The position numbers and the translations under genes were made by a program. A DNA stretch of 64,000 nucleotides from Octopus vulgaris (taxonomy: Eukaryota), in NCBI GenBank assembly GCA_951406725.2, contig OX597823.1, positions 9,920,001 through 9,984,000 of the forward strand, written 5' to 3'. Positions 1 to 14,471 of this stretch are shown piece after piece. Each line of letters opens with the position of its first letter. Position 1 is the first letter of the stretch. The notes under the pieces are model-generated. The model ran no database searches. It was not told the DNA's origin and saw only the letters and a program-made list of their open reading frames with translations.

Positions 1-242
1 ATGTACACACTCAGAGTCACACACACACATAGATATCTATACAATTATATACGCTTTCGTTCCCACATATCAGTACACGCACGTGTATAGTTATGTATCT
101 CAGTGTGTGAATATATATATATATATACATTCACACACTGAGATACATAACTATACACGTACGTGTACTTATATGTAGGAACGAAAGCGTATATAATTGT
201 ATAGATATCTATGTGTGTGTGTACATATGTGAGTGTATACGT
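1..242. repeat. Long near-perfect inverted repeat (~110-bp arms) centred on a (TA)n tract
   Basis: Left arm ...catagatatctatacaattatatacgctttcgttcc...tatctcagtgtgtgaat is mirrored by attcacacactgagata...ggaacgaaagcgtatataattgtatagatatctatg. Centre is at ~120. May continue left of the window. Confidence 0.9.
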
Positions 243-1000
243 ACACACATATAACTGCATTTGCATTTGGACAGGGTTACATTCTTTACAGCTGCAGACA
301 TATGCTGCAACATTTTCATACCATTAGCACAATATTTTTTCCATTTTACACTGGGATATTCACAGATCTCTATACATTTATCTAATGTTATTTAATAGTC
401 CTCATATTTATTCGTTATTAAAATTATTGCCGTTAAATTGATGATGACGTATTTCCAAATGATAAGTATCATTTGTCAAAAAAATTGTAATGTGAAATTA
501 TGCGATATATTCGTTTTGTTCCAACACAACTGATGTCACAAGTTCTGAATTTGAGATTCTAGAATGTTTTTCCTTCAGTTACCATTATGAATTAAGAGAT
601 TTTATAGATTTCTACATTGTTTCGTTTGTAATAACACTTGCTTTTATATATAGACAGAACTGCCTCTTCCTCTGCGAATAGGCCTTACCTACCTTCTATA
701 TTTTGGACCATTCTGTCATTATGTGTAGTGGTCCCGTTTAACACCGTTTATGGTAGATAAAAACGCGCATTTCTCATTTCATTGTTGTCACTGAAGAATA
801 ACTATCGGAACTATGAATGTTTAGAATTAGACTGTATCAAATATTGTCGGTATTTTGGTTGTCGGCATTTTCGGTATTGGCGTCTCGACATGCAGCATTC
901 TCTAGACAGTCAGTGGAAAGATACGATAGTGTACACTTTATGAAGTTAGTGCCAGTTTACACATCACCAGAGTCTGTATTCATTTAATGTGGACAAATAT

Positions 1001-1163
<163 letters not shown>

Positions 1164-1706
1164 GAGTGAGAGAGCAGTTCATGCCATCAAAGTGACACTT
1201 GGGTAAAATATACGAAGCCCAATATACCCATCATGACTAACCGTCTGATTAGGGTACACCAGGCACGTGCATCACAACCATATGTGCGCGACATGGTGAT
1301 CTCATATCAAGATAAACAGCACATGACCTTGCAGGTGGGGCCCAGTTAGAATTTTCTTCAGGTTGAGTAGCCCATCCTGCTCAAAAGATCCCTGAATAAC
1401 GGTTGTTTAAGGATGTTGAAAGAACCACCCATGTTTCCAGAGGGGAATTATTCAAACCCCACAGAATCCCTCTCAACACATGGCTATGATGCTCCCCCAC
1501 TACTTCTGCTCGTGATCAAAGATGCACATATCGTCAGCCACTAAGGGACATGCTCAACACTTTAAGGTCAAACAACTGACAAGCAAATCTGTGGTATTGA
1601 GCAGAATATTTGCTGTAGCTCAAAAACAATGTACATGATAACACTTCCAATCAGTTAAGATCAGAAGCCATGAGAGCCACTGTTAAGATCAGAAGCCATG
1701 AGAGCC
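1164..1706 (-). mobile_element. ~520-bp non-coding retroposon with (TAA)n tail (family 'T520', copy 1)
   Basis: Minus-strand 3' end ...gcatgaactgctctctcactc runs directly into (AAT)n. The same sequence recurs at 3295, 30537, 32483, 34190 and 53487. Confidence 0.85.
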
Positions 1707-1957
<251 letters not shown>

Positions 1958-3255
1958 TATTGTTCACGCACAGCTTCTAACGCTGGAGATGTACTACGAT
2001 ATCACCAGTGAACTAAGGTAACGCCCCTTATTTTTCGAGCAACATCCGGAGTATTCGAGAGGTTCCAAAAAGTGCTGTTTTCTGCAAGTGCTCCACTCTT
2101 CTTACCGCCCCTATTTGTTCCGTATATTTCTCAAGATTTTTGCACACTGTTCCTAGGTCTCCGACAATTATTGGTACTACTAACACCTTTTTCATTGATC
2201 ACAACTGCTTAACCTCCCAAGCTAACCTGTCATATCTATCTACTTTTCTTTATTTCTTATCGCATACCTTATTGTTAGCTGGGCATGCTATATCTATGAT
2301 CCAGCATAGTTTACTTTCTTTCTCAATTAACACTATGTCTGGTTTTCTATTCGCTCTCTTATAACCGCACTGAATCATAAAATTCCATAGGATCTTTGCA
2401 TTTCAGTTTCAAGGATGCCTTCGGGTTTATGTTCGTACCACTTTTTTTACTCTTTCAAGTTCATACTGGTTGCAAAGTGTCCAATGGACTATCCTTGCCA
2501 TATTGTCATGGCGTTTCTTATATTCTTTCTAGATTAGAGGCGTACATTGACTGGCAATATGCCATACGGTTCCACCATTTTGACCACAAACTCTGCACTT
2601 ACCACTTTCTGATGTGTTGTTTATTCTGTATTAGATGTAATTCGTTCTTAGTGCTTGCTCTGGGGCAGCACAGATTAGAGCATCCATTTCTGATTTTAAA
2701 TCAATTTTAGTCATCCTTAGACATCTTTTTTCTCTGTCTGTCTTATCTTCAACATCCCTATGAAATTGTCCATGCATTCTCTTCTTTATCCACCTATTTT
2801 CAGTTTCATTCATTCTTAAGTGCATGTACAGTGCATTATCTTAGCAATCTTTCATCCTACACAAGCCTGACCTTCCTACTTCTAATTATGGTGGTTCTGT
2901 GGCATTTTTTACATATCATGCTATGTTGTTTTCTTCAGCTCTAAAGCTATGTTCGCATCCAAATAGTCCTCTTCCCCATTCTTTTTCTTCGTACACACAG
3001 TCTGTCTATGTCACTTTTGGGGTTGAGTATCCAATATCTGGTCAGCAACTTCCTTGTCTTTGTGTCTAAGCTGTTTAGTTCGTCTACTGCCCATGCAACT
3101 ACCCCTACTCCATGTCTAATTAGTGAAACCGCCCAGGTGTTGATAGCTTCGATCTTATTCCGTCCGTATAATCTCAATCTGCGTAAGTACTCCACCTTAA
3201 ATTTTTCTGTCATTTCTTTCTCCATCAATTTATCCTCTCCAATATCCTCAATTGC
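1958..3255 (-). mobile_element. Decayed, 5'-truncated R4/Dong-like RLE non-LTR retrotransposon (family B)
   Basis: Minus-strand fragments NKIEAINTWAVSLIR, PKSDIDRL, MHGQF, LKSEMDALICAAPEQALRTNY, and C-terminus HLQKTALFGTSRILR, followed by a short 3'UTR and (TAA)n. Confidence 0.9.
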
Positions 3256-3294
3256 TTATTATTATTGTCGTTGTTGCTATTGCTGTTGTTATTT

Positions 3295-3817
3295 AGTGAG
3301 GGAGGAACGCATGCCATCAAAGTGAAACCATCATGACCACCTGTCTCATAGGGGAACACCAGGTACATGCATCACAACAATATGTGCTTGGCATGGCGAT
3401 CTCATATCAAGACAAACAGCACATGATCTCGCAGGTGGGGCCCAGTTAAAATGTTCATCAGGTCGTATATCTCATTCTGCTCAAAAGGAAGCTGAATAAA
3501 GTTGTTCAAGTGTGAACGAAACACCCATGTTTCCAGAGGTGAACTATTCTAACTTCAAAGAATTCCTCTCAACGTATGGCTATGATGCTCCCTCACTACA
3601 ATTGCTCCTGAGCAGGGATGCACATATCGTCATCGACTAAGGGACATCCACTAAGGCACACTGGTGAAGGTCAGCAACCGACAAGCAACCGACAAGGAAA
3701 TCTGTGGTAGTGAGCAGAGTATTTGTTGCAGCCTATCTTTTAAACCAAGGCAAAACATATACACGATGACACTTCTAATGAGTTAAGAACAGAAGCCAAG
3801 GGCTCCACTGCCTGGGT
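3295..3817 (-). mobile_element. T520 element, copy 2 (more diverged)
   Basis: Colinear with 1164-1706 (gcaggtggggcccagtta, tggctatgatgctc, gatgcacatatcgtca). Confidence 0.85.
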
Positions 3818-3994
3818 ATTATTATCATTCGTATTATTATTGTATACAATTGTTTCTTGGACAGTAAAGAGGCGCTTTAGCCCGACTGCTTTAGATTCTT
3901 TTTGGAATACACTTATAATGCTGCATACACGCCCGTGTTTTGTGTATGCAGAAATTATACTACACGTACTCGTCTCATATATATATATATGTGT

Positions 3995-4025
<31 letters not shown>

Positions 4026-4027
4026 CG

Positions 4028-4076
<49 letters not shown>

Positions 4077-4643
4077 TATATACATATGTGTGTCTGTGTG
4101 CGTGTGTGTGTAATCCCTATGAACGAAAATCCGTCTCATTGAGATGCCCAGATTCGCAGAAACACTGCTTTTTGCCGCTAATCAATAATCAAGCGTGCGT
4201 GTTACTTTCAGTATTGGAAAAGTATGTTAGCACATAATGTATGTAAATATTTCAGTGATTGTGCCAATAATTCTTTATTGCAGATTAATTATTATTAACC
4301 AAATTAATTCACTTCATCAAGGTCAAAGCGTTAAATATATTAATATAAAAATGATCACATGTAGCACACGGATATCAAATCAAGAACTAGATTATAACTG
4401 TCATCCGGGTATTTCTAATATCAATATTTGCTAAACTAGCGTGATATCATTCGTAACCTAATAGTTGCTCCTTTCATTACAGTAAGTGCACAGAACTCAC
4501 AAGCTTTGTGAAATGAAGAATGTGGGCAGCACAAGCAAGTGTGTCTATCTGTGCGTTTAAAACACATAATGGCTTTATCTTGGTCGGTACATAATTAAAT
4601 AAAAGTCTAGCAACGAATATGAACATTTATGTGTTAGAATATT

Positions 4644-4838
4644 CTCTTTTACTCTTTTACTTGTTTCAGTCATTTGACTGCGGCCATGCTGGAGCACCGC
4701 CTTTAGTCGAGCAAATCGACTCCGGGACTTATTCTTTGTAAGTCCAGTACTTATTCTATCGGCCTCTTTTGCCGAACCGCTAAGTGACGGGTACGTAAAC
4801 ACACCAGCATAGGAAGTCAAGCAATGCTAGGGGGACAA

Positions 4839-4871
<33 letters not shown>

Positions 4872-5043
4872 CATATATACGACAGGCTTCTTTCAGTTTC
4901 CGTCTACCAAATCCACTCACAAGGCATTGGTCGGCCCGGGGCTATAGCAGAAGACACTTGCCCAAGATGCCACGCTGTGGGACTGAACCCGCAACCATGT
5001 GGTTGGTTAGCAAGCTACTTACCACACAGCCACTCCTGCGCCT
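4644..5043 (-). mobile_element. tRNA-derived SINE family A (abundant octopus-type SINE with internal (TA)/(CA) tract), full length
   Basis: Head aggcgcaggagtggctgtgtggtaag...ggttcagtccc (Pol III A/B boxes); tail cagtcaaatgactgaaacaagtaaaagagtaaaagag; ~10 copies in the window. Confidence 0.9.
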
Positions 5044-5074
5044 ATAAAAATATATCAGTTTTAAATTTTGTTAT

Positions 5075-5330
5075 AAGACCAGCAATTTCGGAGAATATGC
5101 TAAGTCGATTACATCGATCCCAGCGTTCATCAGTTTCTTATTTTATCGATCCTGAAATGATTAAAGACAAAGTGACCTCGCCGGAATTTGAACCGCAAGC
5201 GAAAAGACAGACAAATTTCCGCTCACCATTTTACACGGTGCAGTAACGATTCTGCCAGCTTTTAATGAATTCGACCTCGGCAAGATTCGAACTCAGAATG
5301 TAAAGACCTAACAATTCTGCTAGCTCGCCG
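5075..5330 (-). mobile_element. SINE family B fragments
   Basis: cctcgccggaatttgaac, ctcggcaagattcgaactcagaa and gattctgccagct match the family B consensus. Confidence 0.7.
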
Positions 5331-6482
5331 GTTTCATGTTAGAATATATTACAAATTCTATGTAACTGATAAATTCCATGCTCCACCTGAATTAATTAAT
5401 CTATAAACATCTCTATTTTGATAATTCCAGTAAATACACTTGCGGCAAAGTTATGCTTTGATATTAAGTTCAGTATAAAGCCGAAACATCTCTGGAGTTG
5501 TCTCGCTTACCACAAAAGGAGAAAAAAAATCAATTAAAGTAGCCTTAGTTATTACACAGTTATTGATTTTGTAACCTTTATGTATTAATATTCAACAATG
5601 TAATTTTCGATTGACACATATACACACCACACACATACTTAAGGTGATCGTCTGTGAAGATATGTTTGCTTCCAAAATTATAGATTCCATTTGAACAACA
5701 ACTATCAACCTTTATGAAATAGTTTGATCAAATTTTATGGTAGCCTCCAATGGTGTCTTGACAGTGGTTCCTTCAAAACTACTATTTCGCTTGCACTTAG
5801 ATGAGGAAATATATAAAAATATTGATATAGAAATACTGATGGCTAAAATGTATTTAGCTGAAAACATGCATTTTGGTGACAATTGCATCTTGGGATATGA
5901 TATGTCATACGGGTTAATTAGGGGCTACAATTATTGAGCAAGTCATTAAATACCATGAGTCCGTTTCGGTGGTAGTGTTTTCAAATGCACTGATGACAAC
6001 TTTTTTCATCTTTATGGGTACATATGTTACGTAACCATAGTTACGGAATGCAGCCAATTGTATTAGTTACACACTTGGAGATAGTGCCAAAAATGATCTC
6101 AACTCAATTATTAAATCGTATGTGGAGTGGGGATGGGGGGTAATTCAAAGGCACTAGTTGACATATGTGATGTTTCCAGCTTCCCACATGAGTATCGCCA
6201 GTAAATTTCTGTTGCTAGCATATACACACATCAGGTATATGTACGTAAATATGTGATAGGTATGCACGTTGGACTTTTGAACAGCTTCTATCTGATAAAA
6301 TTCATTCATGGATAGAATTTGAAATATAGCAGAAAGTAACTTAGGTGCATGGAACCTGATCGAATGCGAAATCTCTTGCTTGTAAAACAAAGGTCGTAAC
6401 TACATACCAGAATCTCCGCATATAATACTAATATAAAATGTATGATGCTCAATTTAATATATGAAATAATGATTTCAGATAT

Positions 6483-6683
6483 TTTCCACAAGGGCAGCTT
6501 GGGGAAGGGGGATTAAGTCGATTGCCTCAACCCCAGTGATTCATTGGTACTTAATTTATCGACCCAGAAAGGATGAAAGGCAAAGTCGACCTCGGCGGAA
6601 TTTGACCCAAGAACCTAGCGAGGGGCGCAATACGGTTAAGCACTCCGTCCAGCGTGCTAACGATTCTGCTAGTTCACCGCCTT
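6483..6683 (-). mobile_element. SINE family B
   Basis: aaaggatgaaaggcaaagtcgacctcggcggaatttga...gctaacgattctgctagttcaccgcctt. Confidence 0.85.
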
Positions 6684-7708
6684 TTTTTAATATATGAAAT
6701 AATGTCCTGTTATAATTTTTATAATTTCAGTTCCCAGTTAACGCCAGTATCATCTGTGAGGTCACTCGAGATGCTGGAAATAGAAGCATAATATCTCTCA
6801 AATCAATCACAACTGAATGAAAATAAGGTAGGATATTTGAATAATTTAGCGAAAACTCGATTGTTTTTGACGAAGCCTGAATGTGATGGTAAATCGGAAA
6901 ATCTACAACAAAATCACCTTGAACAACAACGCCATTATCAATCTCTTAATTATAATATTCATTAGAATTCATTTAAAGTATCATCAAATAATATTAAATG
7001 ATAAGAATTTTTTTTTCCGCTGATGATATTCATAATTTCAGTCAATTTATGTCACTCTCTCGCCTGTTGATCTTCTGTATATATTTACTTGATTATGTAT
7101 CGTGTGTTATCAGACATATTGTTTTATTTTGTTTTCTATTTCCTTTCTTCGTGCTTTGCGTAATTCCATTCTAAAATCATTATTTTGCAGACAGATAAAT
7201 GCTATTTCAGCTTCCAATGAACTGTACGTGAAAGGTCGTTCAACTCAAATATTTACAATGTTAACCACTCTGTTTTCTATATTCTAAACATGTATATTGC
7301 TAATACGAACCAAGCTTATTGATTATATAAAAGTAAGCAAGGATGAGAACTGGAGAGCGTAAACAAAAGAGGTGAGATAAAGACTGGGATAAAAGATAGA
7401 GAGAACAAGGAAGAGCGGGAATGTACATGCGTGTGTATATGAGTGTGTGTGTGAGTAATATGTGAGTGTGCGTTATAGGTGTTATGTTTTGAATTTATTA
7501 TGTCGTAATAGGTAATTGGCAAAGATAGAAATATATTGCTATAAACTCGAGCAGCTATATCTTCTGCGAAATGGTTTTTTGATAGGACACCAGAGAAAAG
7601 CATTATGATATCTACTTACTTCCCTTTCTAATCCCATAACTTGACGAACAGTGGAAGATTTCTTGAAAGTCTATCATGTATGCACGTCTGTGTCTGTGTA
7701 TGTGAGTG

Positions 7709-7786
<78 letters not shown>

Positions 7787-8074
7787 AATATATATATGTG
7801 TGTGTGTATATATATATGTATGTATATATATATAAAGTCCGTTCCCTTGTTTTTATGTCTTCGTTTCTCGTTGAGTTCTACGTCTATTTGTGGTGTCCTC
7901 TACTCACATATATATTTTTATATATGCATGTATATATATACATGTAGATGTAGGTACGTACATATATGTATGTATGTATGTATGTATGCATATATTTTAT
8001 TTATTACCTTATTGTATGACTGAGCGCCCTCGAGTCGTTTCGTTTCGTTTCTTTCCTTTCTCCCAGTATGCTTT

Positions 8075-8106
<32 letters not shown>

Positions 8107-8640
8107 CACATATATGTATGTATTAAACATAAAAATGAAGGAGGTATGAGATGTGAATATATTTTCTTAACCCTTGGACATCCTTGCAATTACAACCAAT
8201 TCGCAGGCTTCATGTAATGATAGCTTTAATGTAAAGTTAATTGTGCCTACATGTCTTCATCAATACGCCTGTTATACATTAGACAAAACAATTCTATATT
8301 CAAAGGTCAATGCAAATAAAGAAATCTAGCCATCCGATCATCATAATATCATTGTTATACAAGCGACTCAACTTTAAGTATACATACAATATTTTCTTGT
8401 TACGCACATACACACACAATATATATAGAAGCCCGAAACGAGGTAAAATTTACTTGGTCTGGTTAACAAAAAAAAAGGATACGTTGTTTCCTATCATTTA
8501 AGGTCCTAGACCTATGTTCAGGGAATTGAGCATCCTTAATGATAATAAGAAAACAGGAAGGCATAAAAAGGCGAAGTAAAGTAGTTATCGTAAATATTTG
8601 AAAAAATAAATGGCTTTAAAATGTATATATAAATACACGT

Positions 8641-8947
8641 GGAGGCGCAATGGCCCAGGGGTTAGGGCAGCGGACTCGCGCTCGTAGGATCGCGGTTTCG
8701 ATTCCCAGACCGGGCGTTGTGAGTGTTTATTGAGCGAAAACACCTAAAAAGCTCCACCAGGCTCCGGCAGGGAATGGTGATCCCTGCTGTACTATTTCAC
8801 CACACTTTCTCTCACTCTTTCTTCTGTTGGCCTGCTCGCTTAGCCAGCGGGGTGGCGTCATTCGAAGGCTAAAACAATGTGAACGCATTGTGACCAGCGA
8901 TGTGTAACAACATCTGATGGTCTGGTCGATTACGGGATCACGTGATA
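8641..8947 (+). mobile_element. tRNA-derived SINE family C (OR-type head, tail type 1) with TSD
   Basis: ggaggcgcaatggccca..ggttagggcagcggactcgc..ggtttcgattccc head; flanked by a duplicated atataaatacac. Confidence 0.88.
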
Positions 8948-9224
8948 TAAATACACATAAAAAGTATAATAGGAATGGATTAAACAGGGAACAGAAAATG
9001 GGAAATGTAAAAAACAATGTTACTTTTTAATCATATTTTCTGACTACGCTTTACGAAACCTAAACCAATGAACCATAATGAAACTAAAAACCGCACCGGT
9101 ACCTACAAAGAAGCACATGACCAGAAGCATTAACATAAAAAAAGGAAATGAGAAAACAACCACTTTCACAAAACTATACTCTCATACCTATTAATATTCA
9201 TATGAACCAAGCATACACACAGAA

Positions 9225-9726
<502 letters not shown>

Positions 9727-9735
9727 AAGTACATC

Positions 9736-9773
9736 AAGGCGACGAGCTGGCAGATATACCAGCACGCTTCCGG
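9736..9773 (+). mobile_element. 5' end of a SINE family B copy, interrupted; it resumes at 11206-11405
   Basis: aaggcgacgagctggcaga... head here; continuation gggcgaaatgcttggcggtatttcgtctgc at 11225. Confidence 0.8.
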
Positions 9774-11205
9774 TGTTTTTCAAGGTGTACGTGAGTCATT
9801 TTTAATGGTATTTCCATAGTGTTAACATCGTTTTGTTTTTGTATCACTGTTCTAAACATTTTGTTAATTGATTTTGTGTTGCTTTGCAGCAACTTGTTTG
9901 TGCTTTCTCTCCTGTTTTGAGGAGAGTTGACTATGGAGAAAAATAAGTCTATGTTTTTTTTTCAGACCTTATTGGGTCTGAATTATCATCGTCTGAAGAG
10001 GAACTCGTGCGAGCGGTGAAAAGAATAGATAGTCAATTAAAGAAGAAAAGTTTTGCGGATGTGGCGGAAGTTGCGAATAAGGAGATGGATCTTGTCAATG
10101 TTGAAAATTTATGAGAAGGTGGTATACAGAGAAAGAGCGACGTAAAATTGTCACCATCCCAGTAAGTAATAAAAGATATACAGGAAAGGACTATTGAGTA
10201 CAAGAGAATTTAAATCGTATCATCGGAGAAAATTGAAAAACCCTTGAAGTCTATCTGGCAAGAAACAGCATATCTTGCCAGAGGAAGTCGATATAAAACA
10301 GTGGTGGTTCACTTTAAAAAGGCAGCAAAGGCAAAGCAACACTTGGCAACCGCTTTAAGGACGGAATGTGTGGTCCTCCTACGCACATACCTTGGAAGGA
10401 AAGCTTCCAGAGTTAGGGTAGTGGGGATCCCACCCGAAATAGATGTGGCTTGGGTAGCGGCTGCTATACGTCTAGGCAACGAAGAGGAAATAGCCGTTCT
10501 CCAAGTCATGAAAATAGAAACAACCAATTGGAAAGGACAAACGTTGGATATAATTATACAAAATTGAAAGGAAAACCTAGAAAAAGTGATGGAAACAGTA
10601 ACAGCTAGAGATGTGGCATTAAGAGTCAGGATGGAGGACAGAATCCATCGATGTTTCAAATGTGGCCAAAAGGAGCTACATTAGAGTGGACTGCCCTTCA
10701 CCGACTGAGAAAATTCAGGAAGAAGTCATGAAGGAAGCAGAGAAGGTGGAGGAGGAAATTCAAATAAACAACGACGAACCGTGGAAAGTGGTAGAAAAAA
10801 AAACAGAAGGAGAGAAAGAAAGCAGGTCAGACGGAGCGGGAACTCCAAACCACATCCACCCAATCCACACCTTCTCAGCCCCAGCCTCCCACCTGCAGAC
10901 ACCAAACCCACCCATTGCCCTCCGAGATAAAAACAAAAAAAATAAGTCACTGACACACATGAACCCACAAAATTCCCCCCCCCCCACTGAAAGTTGTTTT
11001 GCATGTATGTGACGTAAAGGTGCAGATGAGGAACTGATTAACAAAGTAACGAAATGAAAGAACACATTGTTTATTCATGTGGAAGGAAAGACTTTATGTA
11101 TGTTAGTATCAGAGAAACAGAAGAATGAAATAGAAAAGTATAAATGTGGGTACAAGTGTTTCTGTATTGTCCCTCCTCTGTTCGCCGCCAGAGGGCAATA
11201 AAAAA
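9774..11205 (+). mobile_element. Non-autonomous L1/Tx1-like retroelement carrying only a decayed gag-like ORF1 (RRM-like region + CCHC knuckle)
   Basis: ORF pieces ...RVRVVGIPPEID..., then CFKCGQK../IRVDCP (10652-10697, frameshifted zinc knuckle) and WKVVEKK. 3' hairpin cctctg/cagagg, AATAAA and short A run. Flanking duplication includes gcttccgg. Confidence 0.7.
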
Positions 11206-11405
11206 GTCAGAAACGTTTGCTTCCGGGCGAAATGCTTGGCGGTATTTCGTCTGCTTTTACGTTCTGACTTCGAATTCCGCCAAGATCGACTTTGCTTTTC
11301 ATCATTTTTGGGTCGATAAATTAAGTACCATTTGCGTACCGAGTCGATCTAATCGACTGACCCCTTCCACCAAAATTTCGGGCCTTGTGCCAAGAGTAGA
11401 GAAGA
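11206..11405 (+). mobile_element. SINE family B (3' part)
   Basis: ttcgaattccgccaagatcgactttgcttttcatc...gtcgataaattaagtacc. Confidence 0.85.
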
Positions 11406-11413
11406 TGGGATAT

Positions 11414-11505
<92 letters not shown>

Positions 11506-11510
<5 letters not shown>

Positions 11511-11708
11511 ATCCAAACATGAAAATACAAAGAGAAAACACAACAACGCGAGGACGTGGAACAAGTATAGTATTATTGGACTCTCAGGAAAGAAGTAAAG
11601 TAGGAGGGTTTATCGTTTCGAGCGGAGCTCTTCGTCGGAAACATAGGAAAAGGAAAGATCCAAAGAAGAGAAGACGGAGGAAAGAAATCGCCTACGGTAC
11701 ACACGCGG

Positions 11709-11712
<4 letters not shown>
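11506..11712 (-). mobile_element. Short Penelope pLTR-like element (family P1b) between (TA)n and (CA)n, containing an HHR motif
   Basis: Reverse complement of 23552-23762. Motif gttt-CCGACGA-A-gagc-tcc-gctc-GAAACGAT-aaac at 11608-11642. Confidence 0.75.
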
Positions 11713-11781
<69 letters not shown>

Positions 11782-11900
11782 TTGAATCTGCCGACTGGAT
11801 TGTACTTCCTTCTATTGGATTATTGCGTGGTTTGTTACCCGAGGCCATTAGTGGAGCTCCCTGTGAAAGTCGTACAATCCTATGAATCCGATAGATAGAA

Positions 11901-12012
<112 letters not shown>

Positions 12013-12161
12013 GTATAATAGGTTTTGAGTATTTGAATGCGAAGTTCATAGAGACAACAAATTGGCCTTCTAGATGTTAGAAATGCAGCAAATCAATTGC
12101 GTTATTCGAATCCAGTAACCAATAAAACTGTCGTTCACAAGACTCATCCTTATATCTTAAA

Positions 12162-12555
12162 CTAGCAGTATCGCCCGGTGTTGCTCGGGTTTGTAAGGGA
12201 AATAACTATATAAGCATTTTTAGAGATGTAAAGTATAATAGCCATCTCAATATGGCTAACCACAAAGGGGGGGTACTGTAGCTTTTTACGTTCTAAGATT
12301 TAATAATACATTTTTAGAGAGTTACTTCCCTTATATAATAGCAAAAGAATGCATTAAAAATGGGGAAAAAATGATGGTAATTTTTTTTTTTAATCGTAGA
12401 CTCATCGTAGACGCGCGCTAATACCCAGAAGGGCTCGATATGAATCACGACTATAAGATACCCGCTTTTGGTTACACTGCACCGCAAAATGTGGGAGTAG
12501 TTAGGAATCTAAATCGTAGGAGACAGACACACAACTTGACTTTTATATATAAAGA
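12162..12555 (-). mobile_element. Non-autonomous Helitron
   Basis: 5'-TC start, 3' hairpin cccgagcaacaccggg then CTAG, inserted between A and T. Copies at 15607 and 48857. Confidence 0.88.
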
Positions 12556-12649
12556 TTAATAACTAATTCTGTGACACTATGTTCATGTTGGATAAATTTT
12601 TATAACACGGGTATGAAAACAAAATAAATAAAATAAAAATAAAAATAAA

Positions 12650-12898
12650 TGCACCCTTTTAAAGCCTAGCCAGGCTCTTGGGCCCAGTTTCCCGGTTTCT
12701 ATGTCGTATGTGTCCCTCAGCTAGACGGGACGCCATTCCATCGCAGCGTTACTCATTTTTGCCAGCTGAGTAGACTGAAGCAACGTGAAATGGAGCATTT
12801 TGCTCATGAACACAACGCGTCGCCCAGTCCAGGAATCGAAACCACAATCTTACGATCATGATACTGACACCCCCTGACCACTAAGCCACGCGCCTCCA
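12650..12898 (-). mobile_element. tRNA-derived SINE family D (Nin/Deu-like central domain)
   Basis: Head ggaggcgcgtggcttagtggtcag...ggtttcgattcc; central cagctggcaaaaatgagta..gcgatggaatggcgtcccgtc; A/T-rich tail. Confidence 0.75.
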
Positions 12899-13183
12899 CA
12901 TGAAAACAAAACACATTTTAATATTTACAATGATCAATGTAATGATTTCAGTCAAAATCAGTTATATTTACACAAAAGGTAGATATTTATACAGCTTAAA
13001 TAGCTACACATAATCAATATCGCTTGGGGTTTTTTTATTAAAAGAACACTGATATATCATTATTAACTGTTATGAGAATTTTATCCGTGAGGCAGTATAT
13101 TATTGCAAGCTGTGATCGTATTGGAAGGGTAAATGTCGTAAACCTTACAATAACCCTATAATATTTAATACAAAGGTAGATTA

Positions 13184-13516
13184 AAGCCAGCCATCCTTCC
13201 TTCACAAGGGAGTATGTGTTGGGTTGGTAACGTAGGATTATTTTACTCGTTCTTTCAAGCTCCTCCGTATTCAGAAATGATCATAGGGACTCTATCTTTA
13301 ACCTTAGACCCTAATCCACCGAAGCTTTTAAGCTGCAACACCTGGACGGACATACGGTTGCATCAGAAACCGGCATGGGTTCGTTTACAGTCAGCTAACT
13401 GGAGAATCGGGAAGTTAATTGCCTTGATCAAGGACACACTGTGTCACTCGTCCCAGAAATTCAACTCACAACATTATGATAATAAGGCGACAACTCTAAC
13501 CATTAGGCCACATACC
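13184..13516 (-). mobile_element. Old tRNA-derived SINE (CORE-like box)
   Basis: Minus strand gtggcctaatggttagag...gagttgaatttc...gtgtccttgatcaaggcaattaact. Confidence 0.6.
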
Positions 13517-14348
13517 ATAGAAGTTAAAGAAAACTCGTAATATCAGAAGCATATTCGCTGGTGGAATGATTTCATATCGACTGTGATCGATTGTGATTTG
13601 TTCGTTTGTTGGAAAGCCTTTTAAGATTTGAAGACTCTTGCAAACATAATCAACATCTAAAGATTACTAGAACTGGTTCTATAATATTCTATTCTGTAAT
13701 GGTTATTAGCTTACTTCTTTGTAGATTTGCCTTCTGCAACGGTAGAAGTTGAATATTTCAGCTAGAATGTTCCCTTTAAAGGTCGTGCGTGTAACAGTAT
13801 ATAATTCTTATTGAAACGCAAAGAAAGAATATATAATATATTTCAAGGGCGCTAAATGAAGAAATGAACAAACTATCATATACCTAACATAGTCACAAGC
13901 AGCGGACTTCCTGAGAAGTAATAATCGGGTTTATAGTATCCAGTGATTTACTCGTAGATTATTTAGTCGACCGTTGAAGCGTGAAGGACAAACCTTTACC
14001 ATCGTGTTTTAAATAAGAATATAAGCATGTGGTCTGCTGATTTACCTATTCAGCATAATTCTCATTATCACTATTTATTATGCTACGAGATACACATTCA
14101 AATATAAAATAAGGGCAGTAATTGTTATGTTTTAAGGAACTATTCCCTGTCCACATCTGCCATACACACTAAAGTTTAAAAGTGCCCCTAAATAGACTAG
14201 ATGGAATGGATCGTAGAAAACTAGACTATCATTCGTTATCACATATTACTCTAAGGTCTATAAGAGCATAATTGTCGGATGTAGAATATATATTGTGCCA
14301 ATCAATTCTCTGTCTCTATCAAGAATTAATTCCAAATTTACCCCAGGC

Positions 14349-14409
<61 letters not shown>

Positions 14410-14432
14410 TGTGTCTGTGTGTTTGTGTGAGT

Positions 14433-14471
<39 letters not shown>

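Noticed and set aside
8470-8530. Minus-strand ctgaaca...gaaacaacgta with an aggtc/gacct hairpin
   Set aside because: C3-C8 mismatch and no stem I pairing; too degenerate to call.
8641-8715. tRNA-like sequence with A and B boxes
   Set aside because: It is a SINE head continuing into SINE body; no complete cloverleaf.
9990-10025. CTGAAGA...GAAA hammerhead-like spacing
   Set aside because: No stem I or III and poor stem II closure; it lies in the presumed ORF1 start region.
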